Source: Pristiophorus japonicus (Eukaryota). From it: a stretch of DNA of 64,000 nucleotides. Shown here one piece after another: positions 1-13,055 of the stretch. Below the pieces are notes generated by a model, which saw only the letters and a program-made list of their open reading frames with translations, did no database searches and was not told where the DNA came from. A program made the translations under genes and the position numbers. How positions within the stretch are numbered: the stretch's first letter is position 1; every line of letters begins with the position of its first letter. Where the stretch lies: NCBI RefSeq assembly GCF_044704955.1, contig NC_091991.1, forward strand, positions 178,684,001 through 178,748,000, read 5' to 3'.

Positions 1-613
1 ACAGTTCAAAAAGCACTTCATTGACTGTGAGGTTCTTTGGGACGTCATGAGGTCGTGAAAGGTGCAAATCTTTTCTTCAACATTCAGGATGGGGGAGCTG
101 CGTTTTAAAAACAAAATGAGGAAAAGGACAGTCATTCTGAGAGTGTTTCCTCAATACTGAGACCTAGCCTCTCTGGTAAGAGGAGATAACTAATGTGATT
201 GGAAAGCAATATTACAGTAATCAACCGTCGCCCACTAACTGAAGGCCACAATGCTAACCAACCCCTTGAGTCGGAATGCAGGCCCACGGAGTGAAGGGAC
301 AGGACCTGCACACACTGAGCTCCCGATTTCTAGTGCCCTGCTGTTGGCAGCTGCCAAGTAGAGGCAAAAACCTTCAGTGTCAATAAATAGTTCTATTTTG
401 ACAGAATGTTTTCAGTGTGTGCTCTTCCTGACTTCCTTGTCTGCTCAGTCAACACCCCACAGCTGGGCAGGCCACGTACAGCGTCCTAGAGGCACAGGGA
501 GCAGCGACTCTGCTGAGGGGTGAAGGGATGGGGTTCCTGAGCTCTGGCCATATCACGGGTACTGCTGCTCCAGTCCCTCTGAAACTTGAACTGAAATCCT
601 TCCATCTCGACAG

Positions 614-689
614 GTCGCGTAACCTGCAGTGTCAGAGAATCTTCCAGGTCAACGCTCCTATCAACTGTGTCTGCCTACATCCCAATCAG
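614..689 (+). CDS. MLST8: MLST8 (mTOR-associated WD40 protein LST8) internal coding exon, 76 nt ([26 protein letters not shown])
   Basis: cag|G acceptor at 613/614 and CAG|gtaagg donor at 689/690; peptide is recognisable LST8. Upstream exons are not in the window. Confidence 0.95.
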
Positions 690-1099
690 GTAAGGTGCAA
701 CTTTACGCAGCACCAAAGCTGCAGACAGGCTTTGTGTCCCTACCCCCGCGCTGAGAAGCTGCGTGTCGTGGTCTCCAGTGGAGCTGTGAAAAGTTGAAGC
801 TGGAAATCCATCTCTCGCCCTCCCCACAGTAAACACTGCCGGCCACCGTGTGGCGCTGCTGCACTTTGCAAAGTCTCTCCATAGTTTGTCGGTGCTGATT
901 GAGCCTGTGATCTGACCCAGCCCAACCTGAACTACGAAATCACAGTGTAACGAGTTACACCTTTGGCTGTTCCTGTGAAAGTGCAACTGCTGGATAGGAT
1001 TGAACGGTAGGGTTCAGGTGCTGCACCCGCAATCCAAAGTTTGAGCGATGGAAAACTGACTTCAATAAATCTGACCATTAGAGGGGCAACAGCAGAGAA

Positions 1100-1320
1100 G
1101 ATGACCATGAAAAACCCAACTAGCTCACCAACCGTCCAGCAGGGCAGAGAACCTGCTCTCTTCCTCCGATCTGACCTCCATTTGACTCTAGACCCACACT
1201 GCGTAGTTGACTCTTAATGCCCACTGAAGTGGTCAAGCAAACCACTCCATTTTAAAACAAAGCTGTACCATGACTATTTCTGGGCAGCTAGGGATGGGCA
1301 ATAAACGCAGTCTCATCAAG
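1100..1320 (+). mobile_element. Degraded SINE fragment (same family as 58935-59950 and 61860-62175)
   Basis: Shared motifs gactctagacccaca...gttgactcttaa.gccc.ctgaa and the 3' tail gggatgggcaataaa. Confidence 0.55.
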
Positions 1321-1359
1321 CGAGCAGCTGAAACCAAAGACCGCGGATGAAGGAGGTAC

Positions 1360-1550
1360 CGATCCGCCAGTACGCTCACGGCCTTCCGCGAGAGGTGGGC
1401 GCCGGAGGGATTGGAGTGCATCATCACCCCCGGCAAACAAATTTTAATTTGATTTAAGTTTATGGCCAAAAGTTAATTTGTTTATTTGTCGGTTTTTGTG
1501 CCCCTTTAATAAGGCGGCATTTGATTTACAGATCAACTAAAATAGTTGAG
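1360..1550 (+). mobile_element. Tx1/L1-clade LINE 3' end (ORF2 C-terminus STLTAFRERWAPEGLECII)
   Basis: Closely similar second copy at 30476-30714; the F-R-E-R-W terminal motif resembles Tx1-type ORF2 ends. Confidence 0.55.
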
Positions 1551-1707
1551 GGAGGTAACGATACTAAAATCAGACCATGCCGGGATCGGGACAGTTATGG
1601 GTGGCAGGGCCAATCATGGTTTGAGTCCTGATGTTCTGCTGATGTACACCTCAATAACTAGCCATGTCCCCACATCGTGGGGCATGGGAAAAATAGAATT
1701 TTTAATG

Positions 1708-2112
1708 ATAGAATCATACAGTACAGAAGGGGGCTACTCGGCCCATCAAGCCCTTTGCTGGAGCTATCCTCTTAGTCCCACTCTTTCCTCATAGTCCTGC
1801 TAATTATTCCTTTTCAAGTATATGTCCAATTTCCTTTTGAAAGTTTATTTGACTCTGCTTTCGCCACCCTTTCCAGATCATCCATAACTCGCTGTGTAAA
1901 AGAAAAATTCTCCTTGTCTGCCCCCTGTTCCTTTTGCCAAAGATCTAATATCTGTATCCTCTGGTTACTGGCCCTCCTGCCAGTGGAAACAGTTTCTCCT
2001 TAACTAATCTCTCAAACACCTCTATTAAATCTCCCCTTGTCCTCCTCTGCCCCAAGGAGAACAATCCCAGCTTCTCTGGACTCTTCTCATAACTGAAATC
2101 TCTCATCCCTGG
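1708..2112 (-). mobile_element. CR1 LINE 3' fragment
   Basis: ORF 1945-2136 'LGLFSL...RGDLIEVF' is the CR1 RT C-terminus; CR1 tail near 1708. Confidence 0.8.
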
Positions 2113-2304
2113 GAGTGTCTGCTGTCTGATTTTCATTGTAGAAATTTATCAGGCATGCCACTCAACAGCATTAATGGCTACAGCTATAGGAGCCTTCATT
2201 CACTTGCCTGCCCATCCTCATTATGGAGTTTAATACTCAGTTTTGGACTCTCCTAACCATGTGGATTGTGTTCAAGGGATTTTTCTCTTTTTTTTGTTTT
2301 GCAG

Positions 2305-2457
2305 GCAGAGCTGATTGTTGGTGATCAGAGTGGAGCCATTCACATCTGGGACCTGAAAACTGACCACAACGAGCAGCTGATCCCCGAGCCAGATGTTTCC
2401 GTCAACGCGGTTCACATCGATCCAGACGCAAGCTACATGGCAGCGGTCAATAGTTCG
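2305..2457 (+). CDS. MLST8: MLST8 coding exon, 153 nt ([51 protein letters not shown])
   Basis: Polypyrimidine tract plus gcag| acceptor, |gtaagt donor, phase 0/0, WD repeat. Confidence 0.96.
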
Positions 2458-2525
2458 GTAAGTGACCTGGAACCATGACCGCAGCACAGGTCCTGTGCTC
2501 CAAACCAGACTGATTACAACAGTGT

Positions 2526-2774
2526 GGGTGGGATCTGCTGGGCCTGTGGTGGGATCTGCTGGACATGTGGTGGGATCTGCTGGGCCTGTGGTGGGATCTG
2601 CTGGGCCTGTGGTGGGATCTGCTGGGCATGTGGTGGGATCTGCTGGGCATGTGGTGGGATCTGCTGGGCATGTGGTGGGATCTGCTGGGCATGTGGTGGG
2701 ATCTGCTGGGCATGTGGTGGGGTCTGCTGGGCCTGTGGTGGGATCTGCTGGGCCTGTGGTGGGGGTGGGATCTG
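2526..2774. repeat. 21-bp minisatellite (gtggtgggatctgctgggc[a/c]t) x ~11.5 in an MLST8 intron
   Basis: Directly visible tandem units; explains the PADPTT/VVGSAG spurious ORFs. Confidence 0.95.
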
Positions 2775-2845
2775 AAGAGCCAGTGGCCCGACTGATGTTA
2801 CTGCCTGACTGCCACCTTCCTTGTTCCTTTGCTCTTTCTCTCCAG

Positions 2846-2970
2846 GGCAATTGCTATGTGTGGAACCTGACGGGAGGGATTGGCGACGATGTCACTCAGC
2901 TCATTCCCAAGACCAAAATCCCAGCTCACAAACGCTACGCTCTCCGCTGCAAGTTCAGCCCTGATTCCAC
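2846..2970 (+). CDS. MLST8: MLST8 coding exon, 125 nt ([42 protein letters not shown])
   Basis: ctccag| acceptor, AC|gtaggt donor; frame continuous with flanking exons. Confidence 0.96.
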
Positions 2971-4333
2971 GTAGGTCCTTTCCTTTATAAGACCACCTGA
3001 CCGCCATCAAACTCTCGCTGGTCAGTATCTCGAGTAGAGGAGGGATGGTGGGGGAAGATGCAGCATCCTGTGCCCGCTGCAAAGGGCCACACTTTTGTGT
3101 GACCCAAAACGTGACCATATTTACAAAGTAATCTGCGTGGGGGCGTAACCTGGGTGAACAATGACCCTGCTTACTGTGAAAGTTATCATTGGAACCAATA
3201 AATCCAAACCTTTGGACAAGTCACACCCTGACAGACTGTGTTCGCAGTCAGCATAGTTAGAGACAAAATGAGACAAAACCAGTCGCACATTTCACCAGAT
3301 TCTAGTAAAAGACTTGATTTCTCAGCAGCACTTTAAAACTGTTACAAAGTAATAACATTGTGAAAGCTTTGTAGCTTGCTTAAATCCATTTTATGTTTCC
3401 TCCTTTTAATGTTTTGGGTCAGATTAGATTTAGTGAAATTAACCCACTCTGAGCACTGGACTTACAGGTGTGGGCCTCGCCGTCAGTAAGCCTTGCTTCA
3501 CCAGTTCAAGCACATGATGGTGGTGCTGCTGCTTTTCCCTGTCTCTCGAGCTTTATGTCGGGCCGCCAGTGGCTTGTCGCATTGGCACTCAGCCTCCTTG
3601 TGCTTCTGCCGCTCATTGTCCTCCTCGGAGCAGGGGCTTTTCCCGCTTTCCCGGCCGCCATTCCTCCCTCAAGTCAACACAGCCAAAAATAGATTAGCTG
3701 GTCATTCATCGCATTGCTGTTGGAGGCATCTGCTGTGCGCAGACGGCTGCCAAGTCTCCCTACGTAACAGTTGCTACATTTCAGTCATTCGTTATATATG
3801 AAGCACTTTGATACGTTTCTGGAGATGTGCTCAGGTGCCTTATAAACACGCATCTTCTATTTAAACCGTGAAGTGTCAGTGCAACGCCTAACAGAGAAGA
3901 GAGCACTGCTAATTTGGCAATAAAAGTAAAGGTGCATAACAATTAATCTTAACAAAATGCCTATTACCTGATTCAACCATAAACGTTTTGTGTGTGTGCG
4001 TGCGTGCGCGCAGTGTGTGTAAAACAGTTACTGGGAGTTGTTAATTGCTTGTTAGCGGCTAAGCCAGAAGCATTGCAGGAAATCCTGTTGCTTAATATTT
4101 CACCAAGACTTACACAGGAATCTGTTGTAATAAAAGCTGGTGATAGACGGCTGGCGGAGTGGGGTACTGAGGTGAGCCAGCTGCTGCCTGTCCCTGACAC
4201 ACAGTTGGCGTCTTTCCATCAGTTTGCAGTGCTTGTGCTGTTTGGAGTTTTTTTTGCCCTCTATCCATCCTTTGCAGTGTCTATTTTCCTGGTGTGAGTT
4301 ATTGTCCCTGTACTGCTCCTGCTCCTGAATTAA

Positions 4334-4334
<1 letters not shown>

Positions 4335-4371
<37 letters not shown>
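4335..4371. repeat. (GT)n microsatellite
   Basis: Visible dinucleotide run. Confidence 0.95.
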
Positions 4372-4374
<3 letters not shown>

Positions 4375-4830
4375 GCACCCTCCCCCAATGCTGTGCACAT
4401 CTTTTGTTCAGTTTTCCGACTGAACAGTGGCTGAACACGGGACCAGCTGGAAGAAGGAGGTCACTGAAAGGAGACCCCTATCGGAGCCGATCCGCCGGCA
4501 CTGGGAATTACCCCATCTAGTGGGTTTACCGCGAGCATCAAAGCCACCTGAATATGTCAGACAAGCTGTCACTAAGAAGGCTGAGGCTAACCAGGCCTCA
4601 CGTATATTGGAGAACAATCCTCCTTTAACTGCCCCGTGTATTGTCTGTTATGGGTTTAAATCACCCCATAAATGTGCGTTATATAATAATCCTGTTTGAA
4701 ATCATCCTGTTAATGTGTATACTAGAACAATCTCACTTTAATTTGTCCTGTTAATGTGTATTGTCTTGCAGTCCCACTATGTGTATTGTATTGCAGTCCC
4801 ACTTTAAGCCCTGTTACTCTTTCCTGACAG

Positions 4831-4994
4831 ACTTCTTGCTACATGCTCAGCTGACCAGACATGTAAAATATGGAGGACTTCTAACTTCTCCCTCATGACG
4901 GAGCTTAGCATAAAGAGCAACAACCCAGGAGAGACGTCACGGGGCTGGATGTGGGACTGTGCATTTTCTGGGGATTCACAATACATTGTCACAG
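4831..4994 (+). CDS. MLST8: MLST8 coding exon, 164 nt ([54 protein letters not shown])
   Basis: tgacag| acceptor, G|gtaaga donor; LST8 WD motif. Confidence 0.96.
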
Positions 4995-5325
4995 GTAAGA
5001 AGTGTGCCGTCCATATAAGGAACTGGTCCCATTTTAGCACAGTTTATACTGGTGCGCAGAAGTGCTCTGGTATTAACACCAGGTTTGGCACAGATTGGTG
5101 ATGAGTCGCTCCAGGTTACAACTGGATTCCTGGAAGACTTTGTGATTTGGATCTCTGAAAAACCTCCTGGACTCCTTGTTTTACATCATGACAACAAAGT
5201 GAGGTCTCATGGAAATGTCACGTGCGGGAACAGTTTGGAGGTGTATTGGGTTTGGTAAAAGACTCCATTCATGGCTTGAAGACTTTAGGTACTCTGCTTT
5301 ACAAGCCCAGCAATTAGCCACTTTT

Positions 5326-5700
5326 GTCAGCTGTGGCTTAGTGGCTAGCACTCTCGCCTCTTGAGTCAGAAGGTTGGAAGTTCAAGCCGCACTCCAGGAC
5401 TTGTGCACGTAACCTAGACTGATGCACCCAGTGAGGGAGTGCTGCACTATTTCGGATGCCCTGTCAGGTGGACGTAAAAGATTCCTTGGCACGACTTTGA
5501 AGTCTAGCAGGGGAGTTGTCCCGGTGTCCTGGGCAAATATTTATCTCTCAACCAACATCACTAAAACAGGTCATTATCTCATTGCTGTTTGTGGGAGCTT
5601 GCTACGTGCAAATTCTCTGCCGCGTTTCCCACATTACACTTTAAAATACTTCATTGGCTGTAAAATGTGTTGGGATGTTTTGAGGTCGTGAAATGCAAAC
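5326..5700 (+). mobile_element. tRNA-derived DeuSINE (SacSINE1-like)
   Basis: A-box-like gtggcttagtgg, B-box gttcaagcc, Deu-domain-like caggtggacgtaaaagat..ggcac...ggggagtt..cccggtgtcctgg; homologous copies at 10840-11295 and 61127-61575. Confidence 0.7.
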
Positions 5701-5885
5701 TCTTTTAAAAGCACGTGAGCCAGATTAAAGTGGCTTAGCTGGCTGTAACTTTATTCATCAAGTGAGGCTGCTTGTGTGGGGGGACATTTATAAAGCATGT
5801 TGAGATGATTTTGATCTAGAAGTTTAAATTTTGGCGGAATGGGAATTCTTTGCGTACTGAAGGGGAATGTTCTTTCCGCTCACAG

Positions 5886-6004
5886 CCTCTTCAGATAACC
5901 TTGCCCGTCTGTGGTGCGTGGAGACGGGTGAAATTAAACGGGAGTACAGCGGCCATCAGAAAGCAGTCGTGTGCCTGGCCTTCAATGACAGTGTGCTGGG
6001 CTGA
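5886..6004 (+). CDS. MLST8: MLST8 last coding exon ([39 protein letters not shown])
   Basis: cacag| acceptor, TGA at 6002-6004; matches the LST8 C-terminus. Confidence 0.96.
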
Positions 6005-6792
6005 AGATCTCCAAAAGAGCCTGGCCCCCTCCCCTCTTTCACTCTCCCATCCTTCTCTTTGCCCCTATTCCCTTTCTCGTTCCAAGCACTTGTTGAAATG
6101 GATCCCTGTCGGAGTAGTTTTTTGGGGGTCTCTGAAAGGACAAGTTCGATCGGAGTTGCTGAGGACTGGAATATTTCTGCGTGCGCTGTCGGCAGGCTTG
6201 ACATCATCACACGATTGGTGAGACAGTAACTAATGCCGCAGTCAGTAAGCCTCAATTCTGACACCGGTGAAGCACAGTGCTGGGTGAGTGAAATTTTCAT
6301 ACTGTGTCCACCTAAACTGAAAAAAAAATCTGGCAGCACAATTCTAGATGTCATCCTTCCAGACTTGGACAGTCGGAGCGTATTGTGAGCTTTCTAACAC
6401 TGTAGTGAAGTATCGGTGAGTACAGATCTATCACTGGTGGTGATGATGGGAGTATTTTTAGGGTATGGGTTAAGGATACCTTGTGCAATGTTAAAGTGTA
6501 TTGTCTCCAGTGTTACATTTCCTGCTGTGAACTTGTACTGATCCAGTGAAGAAGCTTGGCAACAGAATTAGGTCTCCAATGGGAGATGGTTTGTTCTCAC
6601 TTCTACATGTGGTGGAGGCCATGATGGAAACTGTTTGGTCTGCAGCAAGTGGGCATTTATGTCTGGAGCCAGCGAGCTAGATGCCTGACAACTTCTGCAT
6701 TGAAAGGATATGGAACAATGATTTTACAATGCTGTCAGTGAGTGCCTGAGTCATTAATCTGACACTGTGTAAAATCATCAAAACTACACACA

Positions 6793-6798
6793 AATAAA
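6793..6798 (+). terminator. Probable MLST8 polyadenylation signal AATAAA
   Basis: AATAAA ~790 nt after the stop, followed by T/GT-rich sequence and then a CR1 insertion. Confidence 0.6.
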
Positions 6799-6845
6799 AA
6801 TTATTTCTACACTTGTCTGGGTACTGCTTTCAATTTATTTTGTGT

Positions 6846-9560
6846 GAGAGGAGGAGTGTAGAAATGAGAGGATAGAGCCAATGAATGGCTCCAGCGTGGC
6901 TGGAAGATGGTGCAGGAGGGAGGGTTTCAGATTCCTGGGGCATTGGGACTGAGGGAGGTGGGACCTGTACAGGCTGGACGGGTTGCGCCTCAACAGGGCT
7001 GGAACCAATATACCCATGGGGAGGTTTTCTAGTGCTGCTGGGGAAGGTTTAAACAGGATGGTCTAAAATGGGTTTACAGTGTATGTATGTGAATGCACAA
7101 AACGTAGTAAACAAGGTAAGTGAGCTGCAGGCACAAATAGCCACATGGGAATATGATGATGTGACAATAACTGAGACCTGGCTCAAAGGACAGGATTGGG
7201 TATTAAATATTCCTGATTATAAGGTATTCAGGAAATATAGCGAAGGAAAGATAGGAGGTGGTGTGGCAGTATTAGTTAAGGAGAATGTTACAGTGCTGGA
7301 GAGAGAGGATGTCCTGGAGGGGTCAAGGACAGAATCTATATGGCTAGAGTTAAGAAATAATAGTGTCATTACACTACTAGGTGTATTCTATAGACCATCA
7401 AATAGTGAGAAATATATGGAGGATCAAATTTGCAGAGAAATTACAGAGAGGTGCAAGAACTATAGGGTAGTAATAATTGGAGACTTCAATGATTCTAATA
7501 TAGATTGGGACCGTAATCGTGTAAAGGGCAGAGAGGGGGAAGAATTTCTGAAGTGTGTTCAGGAGAGCTTTCTGGACGAGGGAGGTGGCATTGCTGGATC
7601 CGATTCTGGGGACTGAGGTGGTTCAAGGTACAAGGGGGAAAGGAAGGGCAACTAAAACCAGAGCTTCCTGGGTGGTGAAACAGATAGAGAATATGATGAA
7701 GCAGAAAAAGAGCGCGTATGGCAGATGTCAGATTGCATATACATCTGAGAATCAGGATATATATATGAGAGAGAGCGAAGTGAAAAAGAAAATAAGAGGG
7801 GCAAAGAGAGGATATGATAATAGAATGGCAGCTAACATAAAAGGTAATATAAATAGTAAAAGGGTAATAAGAGGAGAGGTGGGACCGATTAGGGACCAAG
7901 AAGGAGACTTACACATGGAGGCAGAGGATATGGCTGAGGTACTAAATGAATACTTTGCATCTGTCTTCACCAAGAAAGAGGATGCTGCCATAGACACAGT
8001 GAAGGAGGATAAAAATTGATAAAGAAGAGGTATTAGAAAGGCTGGCTGTAAATCACTAGGAGCGGGTGGGATGCTGAGAGAATTGAGGGTGGAACTCGCA
8101 GAGGTACTGGCCGTAATATTCCAATCCTGCCAGATATCAGGGTGGTGCCAGAGGCCGAGAGAATTGCACATGTTATGCCCTTGTTCAAAACAGGGTGTAA
8201 AGTTAAACCCAGCAACTACAGACCAGTCGGTTTAACCTCGATAGTGGGGAAGCTTTTAGAAACAATAATCACGGACAAAATTAACAGTCACTTGGATAGG
8301 GGTGGATTAATTAAGGAAAGCCAGCACGGATTTGTTAAAGACAACTTGATTGAGTTTTTTGATGAGGTAACAGAGAGGGTTGATGAGGGTAATGCGGTTG
8401 ACATGGTGTACATGGATTTCCAAAAGGCATTCGACAAAGTGCCACATAACAGGCTTGCCAGCAAAATTGAAGCCCACAGAATGAAAGGGACAATGGCAGC
8501 ATGGATACGAAATTGGCTCAGTGACAGGAAACAGAGAGTAGGGGTGAACGGTTGCTTTTCGGACTGGAGGAAGGTGGTCCCCAGCGGTCGGTTCTAGGAC
8601 CACTGCTTTTCTTAATATGTATTAATGGCCTGGACATGGGTGTACAGGGCACAATTTCGAAATTTGTAGATGACACAAAACTTGGAAGTATAGTGAACAG
8701 TCAGGAGGAGAGTGATTGACTTCAGGAAGACAGACAGGCTGGTGAAATGGCCGGATACGTGGCAGATGAAATTCAACACAGAAAAATGTGGTGATGCATT
8801 TTGGTAGAATGAGGAGAGGACATATAAACTAAATGGTACAATTCTAAAGAGGGTGCACGAACAGAGAGACCTGGGGGTATGTGTGCACAAATTGTTGAAG
8901 GTTGCAGGGCAGGTTGAGCAAGCAGTTTGAAAAGGCTTGCAGGATCCTGGGCTTCATAAATGGAGGTGTAGAATACAAGTGTGGAAGTGATGAACCTATA
9001 CAAAACACTGGTTCGGCCCCAACTGGAGTATTGTGTCCAATTCTGGGCACCGCACTTTAGGAAGGATGTGAGGGCCTTGGAGAAGGAGCAGAAAAGATTT
9101 ACGAGAATGATTCCAGGAATGAGGGACTTCAGTTACGTTGATAGACTGGAGAAGTTGGGGTTGTTCTCCTTGCAGCAGAGAAGACTGAGAGGAGATTTGA
9201 TCGAGGTGTTCAAAATCATAAGGGGTCTGGACAGAGCAGCTGGAGAGAGAAACTGTTCCCGTTGGCGGAAGGGTCGAGAACCAGAGGAGACAGATTTAAG
9301 GTGATTGGCAAAAGAACTAAAGGCGCTGTAAGGAAAAACTTTTATACGCAGCAAGTGGTTAAGATCCGGAATGCACGGCCGGAAAAGGTAGTGGAGGCAG
9401 ACTCAATTTTATCTTTCAAAAGGGAGTTGGATAAGTACCTGAAGGGGAAAAAAATTGCAGCGTTACGGGGAAAGGGCGGGGGGAGTAGGACTAGCTGAGA
9501 GTCGGTACGGGCTCGTCGGGCCGAATGGCCTTCCGTGATGTAACCATTCTATGATTCTAG
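6846..9560 (+). mobile_element. Degenerate 5'-truncated CR1 LINE (end of ORF1, AP endonuclease 7068-7616, RT 8142-9498)
   Basis: APE motifs ITETWL, YRP, GDFN; RT motifs NYRPV.LTS, DFQKAFDKVPH, LEYCVQFW; attctatg tail at ~9547. Confidence 0.92.
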
Positions 9561-10839
9561 GAGCAGGGTTATTGCGATCTAACAGTGAGCTGCCTTCCTC
9601 TGAGTGACTGAGTCAGAACCAATTCCTTTTTGCCTCCAGCTGCTTCCTGTCCTTGACTCTGAGTAGCTGTTGTACTTTTAGAACCACCAGTTAGTGGTCT
9701 TGCACCCGCTATTTGGATCGGTGACCTGCCCTGCCACAGATCACATGGACCCTGTCCGCAGTCTGACGTGTTTCTTGCACCCCCCCCCCCCCCCCCCCCC
9801 CACCTGCCTTCCTCCCAGTTCAGACCTCTTTCGATTGAATATTCAAATTGAGTTCCGGTAAAGGAGCACCATCAAAGTACTTTTAAACAAATCTTTATTG
9901 AAGTGTTAAACCCCGTGAATAACACTGGTCTGGTATCACACCAGGATGATCGTGCAAAACGGGCGGAATTCATGTCAATCGGTGTTATTGCATCAGATAC
10001 AGATTTCACCTGGAGCGGGAGAAGGGTTCTGGGGTGGGTCAGCCAACCTGCAGATGGCCCTGTCTGATTGCGGGCATCTCCCAATGCTTCTGTGAGTCCG
10101 AGTTTAGATCTCTGGTCCCTCAGAGAAATCTGAACCTAATCGGTTCAATGCCCCACTTTCACGTTTCTATCTCGCAATTGGTCTACTGGTGGTACCCAAC
10201 ACTAAGTTAGCCTCTTCTGGGGCCTCTTCTCAGTTCCCTCCAGCCTGCTCTCCTCCCACCTCTTAGAAGGGCACCCTATTCTTCACAGTGCCCTGCCCTG
10301 GGGCAGCAGAGGAATCTGCTCCTTTCTGTTTCAATTTAACATCTTTATTTTCCTGCCTTACTGTGTAGCGCCCTTGCCCAGAGAGTGCATGGGCCGCCTG
10401 TTCCAGCTGCTACTAGTCCCTCTGTAACTGGTCCCCACGATCTGCTTGCGCTCTGTGTGGAGGTGCCCACCTGCAGGAGATATAGTGAGGTTACCAGCTC
10501 AGCCTCAGGAATTGCACACACAAAGCAACATCTGATCTACTGGCGAAGTTGGAACCCCATGCACTATGCTGCTGTGGTCTGTAAAGCACTTTGGGCGTCC
10601 TGAGGTCGTGAAAGGCGCTATATAAATACAAGTTTTTTTGCATTGAGTGGCCTCTCTGTCCCTTGTATTATGTTTGCATTGAGTAGCCTCTCTCTCTCTC
10701 TCTCTATCTCTTGCACTGTTTTGGTGGCCCGTCTTATCCATTGACTATTTTCGCTTTCTATCCCTTGCATACAATTGTGCGCTTTCTCCCTCGCTTGTGC
10801 TTGGCATTGAGTGACCTCCCTCTGTCTCTATGGCTTGGG

Positions 10840-11295
10840 TGTTGGGCACGGCTCAGTGTGCAGCACTCTCGCCTTTGAATCAGAAGATTGTGGGTTTAAG
10901 CCCCACGCCAGAGCCTTGAGCATGTATTCTAGATTAACACTCCAGTGGAGTACTGAGGGAGTGCTTCACTGTTGGAGGGTCTATTTTTCAGATGAGATGT
11001 TAACCGAGATCCCATCTGCCTTCTCGAGTGGACGTATAAGATTCCACGGCACCAGTCAAAGAGTAGAGGAGTTCTCCCTGGTGCCTTGGCCAATATTGAT
11101 CCCTCAATCAACATCACTGAGAGAGATTATTTGGTCATTATCTCATTGCTGTGGGAGCTTGTTGTATGCAAATTTGCTGCCATGTTTCCCTACATTACAA
11201 CAGTGACTACACTTCAAAAAGTACTTCTTTGGCTGTAAAGCCCTTTAAGGTGCCCCGAGATTGTCAAAGGCACTATAGAAATGCAAGTTCATTCC
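10840..11295 (+). mobile_element. tRNA-derived DeuSINE (SacSINE1-like)
   Basis: ggctcagtg head, cagatgagatgttaaccgag core, same 3' tail as the 5326-5700 copy. Confidence 0.7.
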
Positions 11296-11827
11296 TCTGT
11301 TTCACTCTTTTTGTGTACATCTCTCACACTCTGCATTGAATGACCCTTTTCTCTCTCCTCTGCCTTGTACTCAGTTTGCACCGATTGGCCTCTGTCTCTC
11401 TCTCTCGCACTCTGCATTCAGTGATCTTTCTCTCATTCTTATCTGACTGTATGTTTGCAATGATTGGCCTCTCTCTCTTCCCTCCCATTCCCCTGCTCTG
11501 TGGAGTGGGTGTGGTTTTGAAGCTGGGATGCGTGATGTAATTCAATGTTTGTCTGGACATTTCAGACTCCGGCAGCAGAAACTTATCCATGTTGATTTGA
11601 TCAGTTTTATTGTTTCTCTGAGAAGCACAAAGACAGATACATGGACAGTACATCTCAGTAACTCAAACCAGGAAACTGCACAAAGCAGTGGCATAGAAAC
11701 GAACTTTCCAACTCGAGAGTAAAATATTCAATTTTGGTCATTTTAAGCACGAATACTTCACACATTTTAATTCTTAAAAAGGGAAAAACAAAGTTGCAAT
11801 TGTTTTTCCAACAGATCATCACTTCCC

Positions 11828-11972
11828 NNNNNNNNNNNNNNNNNNNNNNNNNNNNNNNNNNNNNNNNNNNNNNNNNNNNNNNNNNNNNNNNNNNNNNNNN
11901 NNNNNNNNNNNNNNNNNNNNNNNNNNNNNNNNNNNNNNNNNNNNNNNNNNNNNNNNNNNNNNNNNNNNNNNN
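11828..11972. other. Assembly gap (N run) next to a polypyrimidine tract
   Basis: N characters. Confidence 1.
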
Positions 11973-12351
11973 NCCCCTCCCCCCCTTCCTCCCCTCCCTC
12001 CCCCCTCCCCCCCTTCCTCCCCTCCCTCCCCCCCCTCCCTTCCTTCCTCCCTCCCCTTCCTTCCTTCCTCCCTCCCTCTCCCTGTCCCCCTCATCCATTA
12101 CAAGTTGTCAAGTATCGTCAGTGCAGTTCCAGCTACGACCAGATTTTTGTTTTTTGGGAGGGGCTACAAGTCCTTACACTGAGGCTAACTAACCAATTAT
12201 TGAACATTAAGTACTGGGAAAGAAGGGAATCAGAATTTCAGAACTACGGGAAAGGCTGTGAAGGGCTGTACATTAAATTATGTTTTTTTTTTAAAACAAA
12301 CATTCTGTCACTGTAAAGACTAACGTGAGGGAAAGGTGCAGCAACGGGTGT

Positions 12352-12552
<201 letters not shown>

Positions 12553-12901
12553 TCAGAGCTGCAGCCACCCTAAGCTGAGTCATGGGCCAGAGTGTGGTGT
12601 GGTCACAGCGATACAGTGAAGGTTAGGAGTGCAGCAAGCTCCCTCCCCTCACTGCCAGTTACGGGAAGCACTGCGTCACTCGGTGAGCTGCAGAGTCTTG
12701 CGGTAACCATTCTGCATCATATCCCTGCCTGCCTGGAACCGTTGGCAACAGTCAAATGGGGTTTATTGTCGAGCAGCCAGAAAGAAAATTATCCGTCTGA
12801 CCTTCTGCGTTCTGTCAGGTATAAATGAGAAAGGACGTTATTCCTAACCTAAGAAAATACGATTGTGCAATCGTTGAAATGAAAAAAAAAGCAGTACTTA
12901 C

Positions 12902-13055
12902 TGTCACTTTTCTGAAGCCAGTAAACGGGGGTGTGATTGCAGAGGCTGTCAATGTGCTCCCCCAGAGTCAGAGGGTCCACTTTGTTTCTACTCAGGATCC
13001 CAAGATACTCTCTGGAGAACTGGGTTTCATTTCTCAGCAGCAGCAACTGGTTGAG
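12902..13055 (-). CDS. BRICD5: BRICD5 exon 5, 154 nt (LNQLLLLRNETQFSREYLGILSRNKVDPLTLGEHIDSLCNHTPVYWLQKSD)
   Basis: ttttag| acceptor, A|gtaagt donor; BRICHOS end motif I..LC...P.YW; phase 1 joins exon 6. Confidence 0.92.

Noticed and set aside
2272-2974. Long repetitive ORFs (PADPTT, VVGSAG, CWACGG) on both strands
   Set aside because: Translations of the stop-free 21-bp minisatellite; the 388-nt intron is not a multiple of 3 and has an early in-frame stop.
9860-10070. Possible extra coding exon between MLST8 and BRICD5
   Set aside because: Short open frame with no recognisable homology or convincing splice-site pair.
11655-12192. Pro-rich and Gly/Arg-rich ORFs
   Set aside because: Assembly gap plus polypyrimidine low-complexity sequence.
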